DNA from: Candidatus Hadarchaeota archaeon
Lineage (GTDB): Archaea; CAYQAE01; CAYVLA01
Length of the DNA stretch: 64,000 bases
Direction: 5' to 3'
Assembly: GCA_964621445.1 (NCBI GenBank)
Contig: CAZUNO010000012.1
Coordinates: forward strand, 1 to 64,000
Below are positions 20,255-30,062 of this stretch, piece after piece. Position 1 is the stretch's first letter; each line of letters begins with the position of its first letter. The position numbers and the translations under genes were made by a program. The notes below the pieces were generated by a model, which was not told where the DNA came from, searched no databases, and saw only the letters and a list, made by a program, of their open reading frames with translations.

Positions 20255-21127
20255 TTACTGCCCACTGATCATTGTACCAATCCCCTCGTCGGTGAGTAGT
20301 TCCAGTACCAATGAGTGAGGGATATTGCCATTCAGGATATGACCCCGTCCAACTCCATTCTCTATGGCTTGAACACATGATTCCAGCTTGGGAACCATGC
20401 CACCGGATATCCTCTTCTCCTCAATCAACTGCTTTGCCCGGTCCTTGGAAAGTTCGGAAATCACGGTGGAGCTATCCTCTGGGTCCTCCATTACTCCCCT
20501 AACATCCGTCAGTATAACGTATTTTTCGGCGCCAAGAGCTCCAGCCAATTCTCCCGCCAGGGTATCCGCGTTGATATTAAGGCTGTTCCCCAATGAATCC
20601 ATACCCACCGGCGCTATAACCGGGATGAATCCGGCATCCGATAACCTGTCAATTATCTCGGTGTCCAGGCTCTCCACAATACCGACTCTGCCGAGCTTAG
20701 GATCCTTCAGTTTTGCCCTTATAAGTCCCCCATCCTTTCCGGAGAGGCCCACGGACTTGCCACCCTGCCCTGCCAGTGCACATACGATGGCCTTATTGAC
20801 CTTGCCCACCAACACCATCTCAACCACTTCCATGGTGTTCTCGTCGGTGACTCGTAAACCATTAACGAAACTCGGTTTCATGGATAACTTCTCCATGAAG
20901 TCTGAGATCTCAGAGCCGCCTCCATGGACTATAACCGGCTCCATGCCTACCAGTCTCATTAAAACGATATCCTTGGCCACGTTTTCTAGACTATTCGGAT
21001 CGGAACTAACATTTCCGCCGAATTTGACCAATATAATCCTGCCATAAAGCTTCTTTATGTAGGGCAAGGCCTCGATAATGGTCCTGGAGACCTCGTTTCT
21101 GGGCAGCTTCTTTGGCATTTTCACCAA
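20255..21127 (-). CDS. argB: Acetylglutamate kinase
   Basis: EALPYI, VKFGG, VHGGG, GLRVTD, NINAD, GGMVPK. Confidence 0.95.
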   Translation of the reverse strand: MVKMPKKLPRNEVSRTIIEALPYIKKLYGRIILVKFGGNVSSDPNSLENVAKDIVLMRLVGMEPVIVHGGGSEISDFMEKLSMKPSFVNGLRVTDENTMEVVEMVLVGKVNKAIVCALAGQGGKSVGLSGKDGGLIRAKLKDPKLGRVGIVESLDTEIIDRLSDAGFIPVIAPVGMDSLGNSLNINADTLAGELAGALGAEKYVILTDVRGVMEDPEDSSTVISELSKDRAKQLIEEKRISGGMVPKLESCVQAIENGVGRGHILNGNIPHSLVLELLTDEGIGTMISGQ

Positions 21128-21187
21128 ACCATCCGGGCTTAGGTCGTAGAATTAGATATATATCTTGTCCGCTGACCGGACTCTAGG

Positions 21188-21643
21188 ATGAGAATTAGGA
21201 TAGCCGGTATCGCGATATCCTGCGCTCACTTTATCGAGATTGATGGAGAATTTGAATCTCTACACGGACATAACCTCCTGATATCCAGTGAGGTTTCCGG
21301 TAATCAGGAAAAGGGCATGGTGATGGATTTCCGCGAACTGAAATCAAAGCTCAAAGAGGAAGTTGACGCCCTTGACCATAAGGTTATCATTCCCGTGGAA
21401 AATCCCCATCTGCTAGTAGAGAGATCAGGAGACTACATGGAGATCAAGACCCCTCAAAAGCGTTATAAGCTACCCTGCAGTGATGTGGCCCTCCTTCCCG
21501 CCAGGAACTCAACCGTGGAACAGATAGGCCAGCACATATTCAGACAGCTTGAAGGGAAACTGCCGGACGGCATATCTCTCTACGAGGTGACCATCAGCGA
21601 AAGCGAGGGGGAGGAGGCCGTAATTAATCGGATTCCGGACTAG
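21188..21643 (+). CDS. queD: 6-carboxytetrahydropterin / 6-pyruvoyltetrahydropterin synthase family
   Basis: AHF, LHGHN, GMVMDF, LDHK, STVE T-fold motifs. Confidence 0.82.
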   Translation: MRIRIAGIAISCAHFIEIDGEFESLHGHNLLISSEVSGNQEKGMVMDFRELKSKLKEEVDALDHKVIIPVENPHLLVERSGDYMEIKTPQKRYKLPCSDVALLPARNSTVEQIGQHIFRQLEGKLPDGISLYEVTISESEGEEAVINRIPD

Positions 21644-22487
21644 CTTTCTCGGCCCACTCCTTTCCATAAACGGTAAGGGTTATCTCCTTTTGTCTCCCCG
21701 TATATGATGTTTTAACGAATCCACAGCGCTCCAGGGTAGCGATCTGTTTGGCGGCCATGACCCTGTCAGTTGGCGTTGGTTTTCTACCCAACATCTCCAC
21801 TAACAGCTTGGTAATGGACGGTGCCTTGCCCCCCATATTGTCCACGGCTTCAAGGTATTCAGGTTCTACCTCTTCCTGTTCAATCCTAATGGGTAGTGGT
21901 GGGCATTTGAGTACCTTTCTAACCCCTCGGGACATCTGCGGTATCTCGAACTCGTCCAAACCCTCCTCAATAATCGAGTCCACGGTATCTAGGTTAGATT
22001 CCTCGCCGGTCTCCCTGTATCTCTTGAGGTGTTTCTTTATGCTCTCTAGGCGCTTTCTGGAGTCTTCGGGAGTAAAATAGGATCTGGGGCTAACGTAGTA
22101 GATGCTGGCGTTTTCCTCAAGGGCGGCTAGGAATAGCGCGCACGAGACGATACGGGTACCCGACGATATGTTGACCAGAAAATCCGCTTCTGGTCCCAGC
22201 CTGGAGATTATGGCCCTAAAATCAAGGTACGCATCCAACAGGTCGAAGAAATTAACCTTAAAGGTGGTTATGTCGATCATGTCCTCATCAATGGGAATGA
22301 TCGGGTCCTCAACCAGTCTCTTCTTAAGATCATTTAGTATCTTCTCAACCGTGATCTCAACGCTGGACATTTCCGACGATTTTTTCTTATTCCTAATCAC
22401 GAAAACCTTATCCGGCTGCAAATGAGTTATCGAACCAATTATTCTATCCCTTTCGAGACCCTGTGGTACTAGAAGATACCTTGGCAA
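21624..22487 (-). CDS. CARF-like (DUF6293/Csa3-type) domain plus wHTH transcriptional regulator
   Basis: LVPQGLERDRII, PDKVFVI, VNISSGTRIVSCALFLAA, YYVSP; C-terminal wHTH LERCGFV...GRQKEITLT..G. Confidence 0.75.
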   Translation of the reverse strand: MPRYLLVPQGLERDRIIGSITHLQPDKVFVIRNKKKSSEMSSVEITVEKILNDLKKRLVEDPIIPIDEDMIDITTFKVNFFDLLDAYLDFRAIISRLGPEADFLVNISSGTRIVSCALFLAALEENASIYYVSPRSYFTPEDSRKRLESIKKHLKRYRETGEESNLDTVDSIIEEGLDEFEIPQMSRGVRKVLKCPPLPIRIEQEEVEPEYLEAVDNMGGKAPSITKLLVEMLGRKPTPTDRVMAAKQIATLERCGFVKTSYTGRQKEITLTVYGKEWAEKASPESD

Positions 22488-22507
22488 AACCTACACCGAC
22501 TCCAAAA

Positions 22508-22570
22508 GCGTAACGAGGATTAAAAAACTTAATGTATAATATTTCTTTATAATTTTGTTTCTCGTAACGA
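22508..22570. promoter_or_regulatory. Candidate operator sites (T/G)CGTAACGA in an AT-rich divergent promoter
   Basis: GCGTAACGA at 22508-22516 and the odd palindrome TCGT-A-ACGA at 22562-22570; half-site TCGTTA at 22588. Confidence 0.45.
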
Positions 22571-22651
22571 AAAAAGCTTTTGTTTAATCGTTATACATCC
22601 AAAACGTTTATATTATCTGATATTAACACGAACACGTTTCGTTTACACTAA

Positions 22652-23308
22652 GTGAATACAATGTCAATAATTGGAGCCGATGAAGTCGGTTCGGGCGATA
22701 CCTTCTGCGGAGTAGTGGTTTCCGCCATCTGCATAAACGAACATCAACGGAGCTTACTTAAGAAGAAAAGGATAAGGGATTGCAAGAGAATTAGCGATAA
22801 TAGAATTGGGGAATACGTTGCCCTTCTCTCTCAGGTCGGGGCCAGACATAGCACAATTGCAATTACACCGGATGAGATAAATGACCTTACATCCAGACTT
22901 GGAAGCCATGTCGAGATACATAACAGTATCTATTCCAAGGCCATCGCTAATCTGATAGAAAAGGTTGGAAATCCAGACAGGATTATTATCGATAGATATC
23001 CAGGGGCAGATATCAAGGTCGACCATCAAGAGGTAGATATGATTCCTAGGGCTGATGAGGAATTCTTGTCGGTGGCCGCCGCCAGCATAATGGCCCGGTC
23101 TGCGTACCTCGGCATGAAGAAATCGCTTCAGAGAGAACTGGGAATGGAGATACCTCTCGGGAGCTCCAATACCAAACAGGTGTTGAGGACCCTCATAAAC
23201 CGCCGAATTGACATATCCAGATATGCCAAGCTTTATCCCAACAACGTTCAGGCCGTTCTCAGGGAGGCGGGATCACCAGGGAGTCCCGCCGCATTTGATT
23301 TTACTTAG
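22652..23308 (+). CDS. RNase HII/HIII-family nuclease, RNase HIII-like catalytic domain
   Basis: IGADEVGSGDTF, RDCKRISD, IIIDRY, SVAAASIMAR, ELGMEIPLGSS; no N-terminal TBP-like domain. Confidence 0.75.
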   Translation: MNTMSIIGADEVGSGDTFCGVVVSAICINEHQRSLLKKKRIRDCKRISDNRIGEYVALLSQVGARHSTIAITPDEINDLTSRLGSHVEIHNSIYSKAIANLIEKVGNPDRIIIDRYPGADIKVDHQEVDMIPRADEEFLSVAAASIMARSAYLGMKKSLQRELGMEIPLGSSNTKQVLRTLINRRIDISRYAKLYPNNVQAVLREAGSPGSPAAFDFT

Positions 23309-23369
23309 AGGACAAATAATAAGTCTAGTTAATACATACATTTTTGAATAATCAGTATTAATAATACCC

Positions 23370-24878
23370 GTGCCTGGCCAAATCAAAACCATCGAGCAAA
23401 TAAATGAAAAGATCCGTAACCGGGAAGTAGTTGTGGTTAGTGCCGAGGACATGCCGGGTATCGTCGACGAAAAAGGCGCCGAGGAAGCGGCCAGGGAGGT
23501 AGATGTGGTAACCACCGGTACCTTTGGGGCCATGTGCTCGTCGGGTGCCTGGCTAAATTTTGGTCACTCGGACCCTCCCATAAAAATGAAAAATGTCTTC
23601 CTCAACGATGTTCAGGCATATTCTGGGGTAGCAGCTGTAGATGCATACCTGGGAGCCGCCCAGATGAGCAGGAAGGAGGGTTTTAACTACGGGGGAGGCC
23701 ACGTGCTCGAGGACCTGGTAAAAGGGCAGGATGTAACTTTGGAGGCCGATGCATATGGAACCGACTGCTATCCCCGGAAGCAGTTGGAGATAGATATTGG
23801 CCTCGAAGACCTCAATCAGGCCATCATGATTAATCCCAGAAATGGCTACCAGAAGTATAATGCTGCAACCAATAGCCGGGAGGAAACGATTTACACCTAC
23901 ATGGGAGCACTTCTACCCGGGATGCGCAACGTTACCTTCTCCGGTTCCGGGACCCTGAACCCTCTTTCCAATGATCCTCATTATAGAACAATCGGGATGG
24001 GAACTCGAATTTTCCTGGGTGGTGTCTCTGGATACGTTATAGGTCAAGGTACCCAGCACTCCCCCCGGAATGGCTTCGGTACCCTGATGGTAAAGGGGAA
24101 CCTCAAGGAAATGTCTTCCAAATTCATCCGAGGAGCTACATTCCAACGATATGGAACCACCCTCTACATAGGTATAGGGATTCCAATTCCCATTCTGGAC
24201 CCGGAAATGGCCAGATTTACCGCGATAAGAGATGAGGACATATACACCCATGTGATGGACTATGGAACTCCAAGACGCGATAGACCAAAGGTAACCCAGG
24301 TAACCTACGCACAGCTTAGATCTGGTCAAATAGAGATCGACGGGAGGGAGGTACCTGTCTCTCCGCTTTCAAGCTACAAGATGGCCAGGGAGATCGCCCT
24401 ATTACTTAAGAAATGGTTAGAGAAGGGCGAATTCACCCTCACAGCGCCGGTGGAGAATCTCCCCATGTCAACCGAGTTTAATCCTATGAAAGCGGAATCA
24501 GCCATTCCCTTCGTGGAGGATGTTTCCTCAAAAGAGGTAGTAACCATTTCTCCGAAAGCGAGCATAAAGGAGGCTTCCAAAAAGCTGACCGATAGGTCAG
24601 CGGATACCCTCATAGTTCAGGGCGAGGATGGGATCCTCAAAGGGATCCTGACCACCTGGGATATAGCAAAGGCCCTTTCCGTGGGAGCGAGCACGGCTGG
24701 GGAGGTTATGACCACAAAGGTAATCGCCGCGCATAAGGGGGAACCAATAGATCTTGCGGCTCGAAAGTTGGAGAAGCATGGAATTAGTGCTCTACCTATC
24801 GTGGACGCCGATAGAAAGGTAGTGGGCATGATCTCCGAGGAGGATATAGCCAGGTTTGTAGGGAGGCGAAAATGGTGA
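23370..24878 (+). CDS. DUF39 homocysteine biosynthesis sulfur-transfer protein with CBS pair (MA1821-like)
   Basis: VDVVTTGTFGAMCSSG, NFGHSDPPIKM, GTDCYPR, NPRN; C-terminal CBS domains. Confidence 0.92.
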   Translation: MPGQIKTIEQINEKIRNREVVVVSAEDMPGIVDEKGAEEAAREVDVVTTGTFGAMCSSGAWLNFGHSDPPIKMKNVFLNDVQAYSGVAAVDAYLGAAQMSRKEGFNYGGGHVLEDLVKGQDVTLEADAYGTDCYPRKQLEIDIGLEDLNQAIMINPRNGYQKYNAATNSREETIYTYMGALLPGMRNVTFSGSGTLNPLSNDPHYRTIGMGTRIFLGGVSGYVIGQGTQHSPRNGFGTLMVKGNLKEMSSKFIRGATFQRYGTTLYIGIGIPIPILDPEMARFTAIRDEDIYTHVMDYGTPRRDRPKVTQVTYAQLRSGQIEIDGREVPVSPLSSYKMAREIALLLKKWLEKGEFTLTAPVENLPMSTEFNPMKAESAIPFVEDVSSKEVVTISPKASIKEASKKLTDRSADTLIVQGEDGILKGILTTWDIAKALSVGASTAGEVMTTKVIAAHKGEPIDLAARKLEKHGISALPIVDADRKVVGMISEEDIARFVGRRKW

Positions 24879-25273
24879 CCTACCTCAACCTCGAGTTTCC
24901 CAAGGAGATAGTTACCCAACCCGTGGTTTCCGATGGAATAAGGAAAACGGGTGTATCAATCAACATTCTCAGGGCTAGGATAGATGAAACCCACGGCGAA
25001 ATCATAGCCCATGTGAAGGGAAAGGCCGAGAAGATAAGTCGTTTCGCTGATTACCTCAAGGACCAGGGAGTAATAGTAAAGGAACTCAAGAATAGCGTCT
25101 CGGTCCATGTCGATGGTTGCATCCACTGTGGAGCTTGCATCTCGATGTGTCCGGTCAGCGCGATATCGATAGACGAAGACCACGAGATAGAATTCGACCA
25201 CCAGAAATGTATCTCCTGCCAAGTTTGTATTCCGGTCTGCCCGGTAGGTGCAATCAAGCCCCCTCCCATCTAG
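24872..25273 (+). CDS. NIL domain - 2[4Fe-4S] ferredoxin (MA1822-like)
   Basis: NIL motif INILRARI; CIHCGACISMCP and CISCQVCIPVCP. Confidence 0.92.
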   Translation: MVTYLNLEFPKEIVTQPVVSDGIRKTGVSINILRARIDETHGEIIAHVKGKAEKISRFADYLKDQGVIVKELKNSVSVHVDGCIHCGACISMCPVSAISIDEDHEIEFDHQKCISCQVCIPVCPVGAIKPPPI

Positions 25274-26016
25274 GTTGCCCTGGAGTGGAGTCTCGGATCT
25301 ATAATCAGGTCGGCTTCCCCGGAATAGCTGACTAAATGAGGAAGGTCTCCCCATATCCCCATCCTGTCACCTTGGAAGATAAGAAAGCCTATCTCTCCTA
25401 TCTTCTTTGCCAATTTTACTCCCCTATCGATTCCATCCGACCCCCTAACGGCGTTACATACGGCGGTGGCTCCAGCATCCGCCAATGTTGGGGAATTCGA
25501 ACTGTAGGCAACTACGGCTTCGGCATCTCCAAAGCTAATTGATTCCCCTACCCGGGAAGAACTTGTGCACAGGCCGATGAATTCCGAACTCGATGGGATA
25601 TCTAGGGCAATCTTCTGGGAGAAAGGAGACGAACCAGCATGTATCGCCACCTTGAAAGAATGGGACCCGGTAATGCACATGTCGCCCCCATTTTCAACCA
25701 ACACGCAGTTGGCACCCGCACCCATGGCCGCCCGAGCGGCCTCCCAGGATAAAGCCCCCGCAACGGAAGCAAAAGGCCCCACCCCCGTCTTTGCAGCGGC
25801 TGAGTACATATTCTCAATGAAACTTGGGACCTCAAAATCAGGAGGTTCAATGGGTTCCAATGACCAATGAAACTCCGGAATTCGTCCTATATGCTCCTTG
25901 AGTTTGGCCCTAGCGCTCGTGATGGCCTTCTCGACAGGCACTCTAGTTTCCTTCCCATCCGTCTTGACGAGAATACCTGTTTCTCCCTGTACCAGAGTAT
26001 AGTTCATGAGGCGCAT
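25270..26016 (-). CDS. UPF0280 / ApbE-like protein (MA1715-like)
   Basis: GVGPFASVAGA, VENGGD, CTSSSRVGESISFGDA, ADAGATAVCN; adjacent to the DUF39/NIL pair. Confidence 0.85.
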   Translation of the reverse strand: MRLMNYTLVQGETGILVKTDGKETRVPVEKAITSARAKLKEHIGRIPEFHWSLEPIEPPDFEVPSFIENMYSAAAKTGVGPFASVAGALSWEAARAAMGAGANCVLVENGGDMCITGSHSFKVAIHAGSSPFSQKIALDIPSSSEFIGLCTSSSRVGESISFGDAEAVVAYSSNSPTLADAGATAVCNAVRGSDGIDRGVKLAKKIGEIGFLIFQGDRMGIWGDLPHLVSYSGEADLIIDPRLHSRAT

Positions 26017-26025
26017 TTCGAACGC

Positions 26026-27510
26026 CTAATATGACTTGGCAACCATGACCATGCACTCAGCAGGCTTGCCACATACTATGCATTTCTCACCTGGTTCGAT
26101 TTTCGGTTGGCCAAAACGAGTACCACGTACCTCTCCATCTGTATCCTCCTTAATGATATCGGCACAGGATTCTCCCTCAAAGCCCCTGGAACAAAATGGT
26201 ACCTTTACGAATCCACCCCTTTGGGAAAGAATTTCTTCCAGCTCCTCCATATTCTCTGCACTGAAGATGTGGCCCTCAAGCTCCGCGGTGGCCTTTTCCC
26301 TCAGGTTCTCAACTATATCCTCGCCCATGGAATGTATTTCTTCCAGAGCATTTTCAAAATCCACCTGTTTCTTCTCCCCGGTATCCCTTCTTACGAGGGT
26401 CACTACCCCCGCTTTTAGGTCACGGGGGCCTATCTCGGCCCTTATGGGCACTCCCTTCATTTCCCAGTAATAGAACTTCATGCCCGGATTCTTATCAGAA
26501 TCGTCAAGAGTAGCACGCAAACCGGCTTCTTCAAGCGTTTCGAAAAACTCGCAGGACTTGGCCAATACCTCTTCCCTTTGATCCCGGAAAACAATGGGCA
26601 CCACCACCACCTGGGTGGGTGCGATGGCAAAAGGTAGTATGAGACCACGTTTATCTCCGTGCACCGAAGCCAGGACGCCCAGGGTCCTGGATATCGGTGG
26701 TCCATAACATGTCTGGTGAGGAATTTTCTTCTCACCCTCGGCGTTTTCAAAACCTATGTCAAAGGCCTTGGCAAACCCTTTACCCAGGTTATGGGTGGAG
26801 GGAAGCTGTACCACTCTACCATCTGGCATGAGGGCATCGGCAGCGTATGTATCAACAGCTCCCGGGAATTTATCAAATGCCGGTCTTCTGAAGAACAGGA
26901 AGGGGATACCAAGCCTACCGCTAAGGACTGCCTTACTGGTCTCCATATCATTTTCGACCTGCTCCAGAGCCTCCTCTCCGGTGGCAAATACGTCATGTGC
27001 CTCGATCCAGAGGAACTCCCTTCCCCTTATCAAGGGCTTAGTTGCCTTTGTATCGTATCGATATACTGCACAGCTTTGATATAACCTTAATGGCAGGTCG
27101 GTATAGGATCTTATCCATAGCGAATACATGGTATAAAATGCGGCTTCAGAGGTTGGTCTCAGTGCCAATTTTTCATCTAAATCCCCCTCTCCCGCCCTGG
27201 TCACCCAGAAGACCTCGGGAATAAACCCCTCGACATGGTCCTTTTCCTTCTCAAAGTTTCTTTCCGGAATCACCACTGGAAAGAGGGTGGGCTCATGACC
27301 CCTTTCTTCAAGTTCATGTTCCCATGCCGAATATAGCTCCTTAACCATTCTCATTAGCCAGGGCTTATATACGACGAATCCCTTCACGTCGTATCTCAGG
27401 TCAACTAGATCCGCCGTGGTCATTATCTCATTATACCATCGAGAGAAATCGGATTTATCGATATCAAATACGTGTGCGTCTTTTTCTTCGCTTGACGTCA
27501 AAAGTCTCAC
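26026..27510 (-). CDS. proS: Proline--tRNA ligase, archaeal/eukaryotic type
   Basis: ALRPTSE, IRGREFLWIEAH, HQTCYG, HGDKRGL, C-terminal AKSY. Confidence 0.96.
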   Translation of the reverse strand: MRLLTSSEEKDAHVFDIDKSDFSRWYNEIMTTADLVDLRYDVKGFVVYKPWLMRMVKELYSAWEHELEERGHEPTLFPVVIPERNFEKEKDHVEGFIPEVFWVTRAGEGDLDEKLALRPTSEAAFYTMYSLWIRSYTDLPLRLYQSCAVYRYDTKATKPLIRGREFLWIEAHDVFATGEEALEQVENDMETSKAVLSGRLGIPFLFFRRPAFDKFPGAVDTYAADALMPDGRVVQLPSTHNLGKGFAKAFDIGFENAEGEKKIPHQTCYGPPISRTLGVLASVHGDKRGLILPFAIAPTQVVVVPIVFRDQREEVLAKSCEFFETLEEAGLRATLDDSDKNPGMKFYYWEMKGVPIRAEIGPRDLKAGVVTLVRRDTGEKKQVDFENALEEIHSMGEDIVENLREKATAELEGHIFSAENMEELEEILSQRGGFVKVPFCSRGFEGESCADIIKEDTDGEVRGTRFGQPKIEPGEKCIVCGKPAECMVMVAKSY

Positions 27511-27582
27511 TACTCCCAGACCTATAGAGAATTTTATTACTCTTTCCAGAACGCTATAATACTGTGTGATGCAGCTCCGAAC

Positions 27583-28110
27583 TCACTGCTTATCCTTTTT
27601 CCTAATGCGAATAACCTCGCCAAGGGTCACATCACTGCCGTTGGAATGGGTATCCATCTGAATCTGCTCATCAAAAGGCTCCTCAAGCAGGTCTATCTTC
27701 AGGAATCTCTCGAGCTTCCGTGCCAATGAATTGCTAGGCACGAGGGACTCGGCCTCCAATCTATGGATTGTAGAACTTTTTTCATTTACCTTCTTGCCAA
27801 GTTCCTCCTGGGTTAGCCCCTTGCGTTCCCTGGCGGATCTAATTTCAGACCCGAAACCGTCGATTACCTCCATTTTGCTTCTTTTGGCCTGAGGACGAGT
27901 TTTTTTGGAACCCTTGGATCGTCGGCGAACCGATTTCGAGGACCGTTTCTTGGCCTGTTTCTTGGCCTGTTTCTTGGCCTGTTTCTTGGCCTGTTTCTTT
28001 TTCACTGGCTTACCGAACCTTGCACAGCGATCGCAAACGTCAAGAGTTGCTTTATCCACCCTGACGGTCGTAAGTTTCTTCACATCAGCTCCGCAGATCT
28101 CACAGATCAT
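27583..28110 (-). CDS. mbf1: Multiprotein bridging factor aMBF1
   Basis: CEICG..CDRC zinc ribbon, HTH IRSARERKGLTQEEL, C-terminal TLGE. Confidence 0.92.
   Translation of the reverse strand: MICEICGADVKKLTTVRVDKATLDVCDRCARFGKPVKKKQAKKQAKKQAKKQAKKRSSKSVRRRSKGSKKTRPQAKRSKMEVIDGFGSEIRSARERKGLTQEELGKKVNEKSSTIHRLEAESLVPSNSLARKLERFLKIDLLEEPFDEQIQMDTHSNGSDVTLGEVIRIRKKDKQ
27945..27999. repeat. Perfect 12-bp tandem repeat (GTTTCTTGGCCT x4.6) encoding KKQA
   Basis: Read directly; lies in the MBF1 linker. Confidence 0.95.
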
Positions 28111-28176
28111 TTCTACCGCCTGCCGTTAATTCCTTCTCAACTGAATATATTTAAATCGCGCGAACTCCTGTCCTTT

Positions 28177-29373
28177 TTGGAGCGTGGAGTATTGTCAGAG
28201 GCCGGTGCGGCCAGCGAAACGGACGAAGTGATAAGTACGAATATACAGCTCCACAAGAAGATTAGATACCTGGAGTTCGAGAAGAGGAATATCGAACGCG
28301 AGTATCTTAGACTTGAGAAGGAGCTCAAAACCCTCAGGTCCGAGATTCGTAAAATGCACGAAGCACCGCTTATCTCAGCCTCAGTCATAGAAAAATTGAC
28401 TGACGACAGGGCCATAGTCCGGTGCCATAACGGAGAATTCGTGGTTGAGGTTTCCGAGTACATTGAACCCGAGGACCTAGATCCCGGGTCCAGGGTAGCC
28501 CTTAACAGCAGAAATTATACCGTGGTCGAGGCCATGCCAGCGCCAAAGGATCCTCTGGTCCTGGGCATGGAACTGCTCGAGAAGCCCCCCGTGTCATACG
28601 AGGATATCGGCGGTCTGAGCGAACAGATACAGGAGCTCCGTGAAATCGTTGAACTCAGCCTGACGGACGTTGAACTCTTCAACAAGGTAGGCGTGGAACC
28701 ACCCAAGGGAGTTCTCCTCCATGGACCCCCGGGAACCGGAAAGACCATGGCAGCAAAGGCCGTGGCCAGGCAGACGAATGCCACCTTCATCAGGATCGTT
28801 GGTTCTGAACTGGTCAAGAAGTACATCGGAGAGGGGGCAAGAATGGTCCGGGAAGTATTCCAGTTTGCGGAGGAAAGAGAGCCCTGCATAATTTTCATTG
28901 ACGAACTGGACGCAATAGGGGCCAGGAGGGTGGACAGCGGCACCAGCTCCGACCGGGAGGTTCAGAGGACTTTAATGCAGCTATTATCGGAGATAGATGG
29001 TTTTGACCCCTGTGGAAACGTAAAGGTCGTGGGAGCAACCAATAGATCAGATATCCTGGACCCCGCCCTGCTGAGATCTGGAAGGTTCGATAGACTCATC
29101 GAATTCCCTCTCCCCAGCCGGGAGGCCCGCCTCAGCATACTAAAGATCCACACCAGGGACATGAATCTGGAATCCGTGGACCTGGATGCCATAGCCAATT
29201 TGACCGAGGAGGCATCGGGAGCAGATCTGAAGAATATCTGTACCGAGGCTGGAATGTTTGCAATCAGGGATAGAAGGGAGCATATAATACAGGATGACCT
29301 GAAGGCGGCAATAAACAAGGTTATGAACTCGCCCATCAATAGCACCAGAGAAACCTCGGCTGTTTACGTCTAG
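28177..29373 (+). CDS. pan: Proteasome-activating nucleotidase
   Basis: Coiled coil, OB fold, GPPGTGKT, KYIGEG, IFIDELD, EVQRTLMQLL, C-terminal HbYX-like AVYV. Confidence 0.95.
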   Translation: MERGVLSEAGAASETDEVISTNIQLHKKIRYLEFEKRNIEREYLRLEKELKTLRSEIRKMHEAPLISASVIEKLTDDRAIVRCHNGEFVVEVSEYIEPEDLDPGSRVALNSRNYTVVEAMPAPKDPLVLGMELLEKPPVSYEDIGGLSEQIQELREIVELSLTDVELFNKVGVEPPKGVLLHGPPGTGKTMAAKAVARQTNATFIRIVGSELVKKYIGEGARMVREVFQFAEEREPCIIFIDELDAIGARRVDSGTSSDREVQRTLMQLLSEIDGFDPCGNVKVVGATNRSDILDPALLRSGRFDRLIEFPLPSREARLSILKIHTRDMNLESVDLDAIANLTEEASGADLKNICTEAGMFAIRDRREHIIQDDLKAAINKVMNSPINSTRETSAVYV

Positions 29374-30062
29374 TCCCGCTCAAGCGATGAGGTAAACGCC
29401 CTTGCCGATTCCGATGAAGAAGATCTTGAGTTCCGAGCTTGGCGGAAACTGGCCAGCTTATTCCTAACCGATGCTAGCGTTTCTCGATCATTTATGTTGG
29501 TGAAACAGCCCAGCGAAGGGTCAAATCTTTTGATCCTGAAAACAGGAAGATACCTGGTTCGAAGACCATCGAAAAGCCTCCTAACCCGGAGGATTCGATC
29601 ACGGCAGACTCCATTCAACCAGCCAATGGCTGGCTCCCTCCTTATTACCGAGTGAAGGGGCTCCAGGTACCCGTTTGGGTGCTTCGGAACTGTGGCTTGA
29701 AAGTTACCCATGAATCTCCTCTGGAAATCTATTATCCTCTCATCGATGAGGGGCATATCCGCGCCGACCAGAAATACCAAATCTGTCCGTAAACTTAGAC
29801 ATCCGGCCAATATCCCTCCCAAGATGCCTTTCCCCTCATCCCTTACCGTCCTCTTGCCAGTCAGTTCACTGTACAGCTTTTCCCTTTCGCTGTCCCTGGT
29901 ACAAATTACCACGTGCTCCATGAAATCCAGGCGTGAAACGACCTCCTGTATCAGGGCATTTCCGTTGCCCAAACTGGACAGAGCCTTGTCCCCGGGGCCA
30001 AACCGGATGGAGTCCCCGCCGGCCAGGACTATTGCCCCCATATCAGGTTCCGGGTCAGGCAT
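29370..30062 (-). CDS. MobA-like NTP transferase
   Basis: IVLAGGDSIRFG..DKAL, GADMPLI, EPLH, NIND. Confidence 0.8.
   Translation of the reverse strand: MPDPEPDMGAIVLAGGDSIRFGPGDKALSSLGNGNALIQEVVSRLDFMEHVVICTRDSEREKLYSELTGKRTVRDEGKGILGGILAGCLSLRTDLVFLVGADMPLIDERIIDFQRRFMGNFQATVPKHPNGYLEPLHSVIRREPAIGWLNGVCRDRILRVRRLFDGLRTRYLPVFRIKRFDPSLGCFTNINDRETLASVRNKLASFRQARNSRSSSSESARAFTSSLERD

Noticed and set aside
27945-27999. CRISPR array
   Set aside because: 12-bp units with no spacers, in frame inside mbf1. No repeat-spacer array or cas gene was seen in the window.
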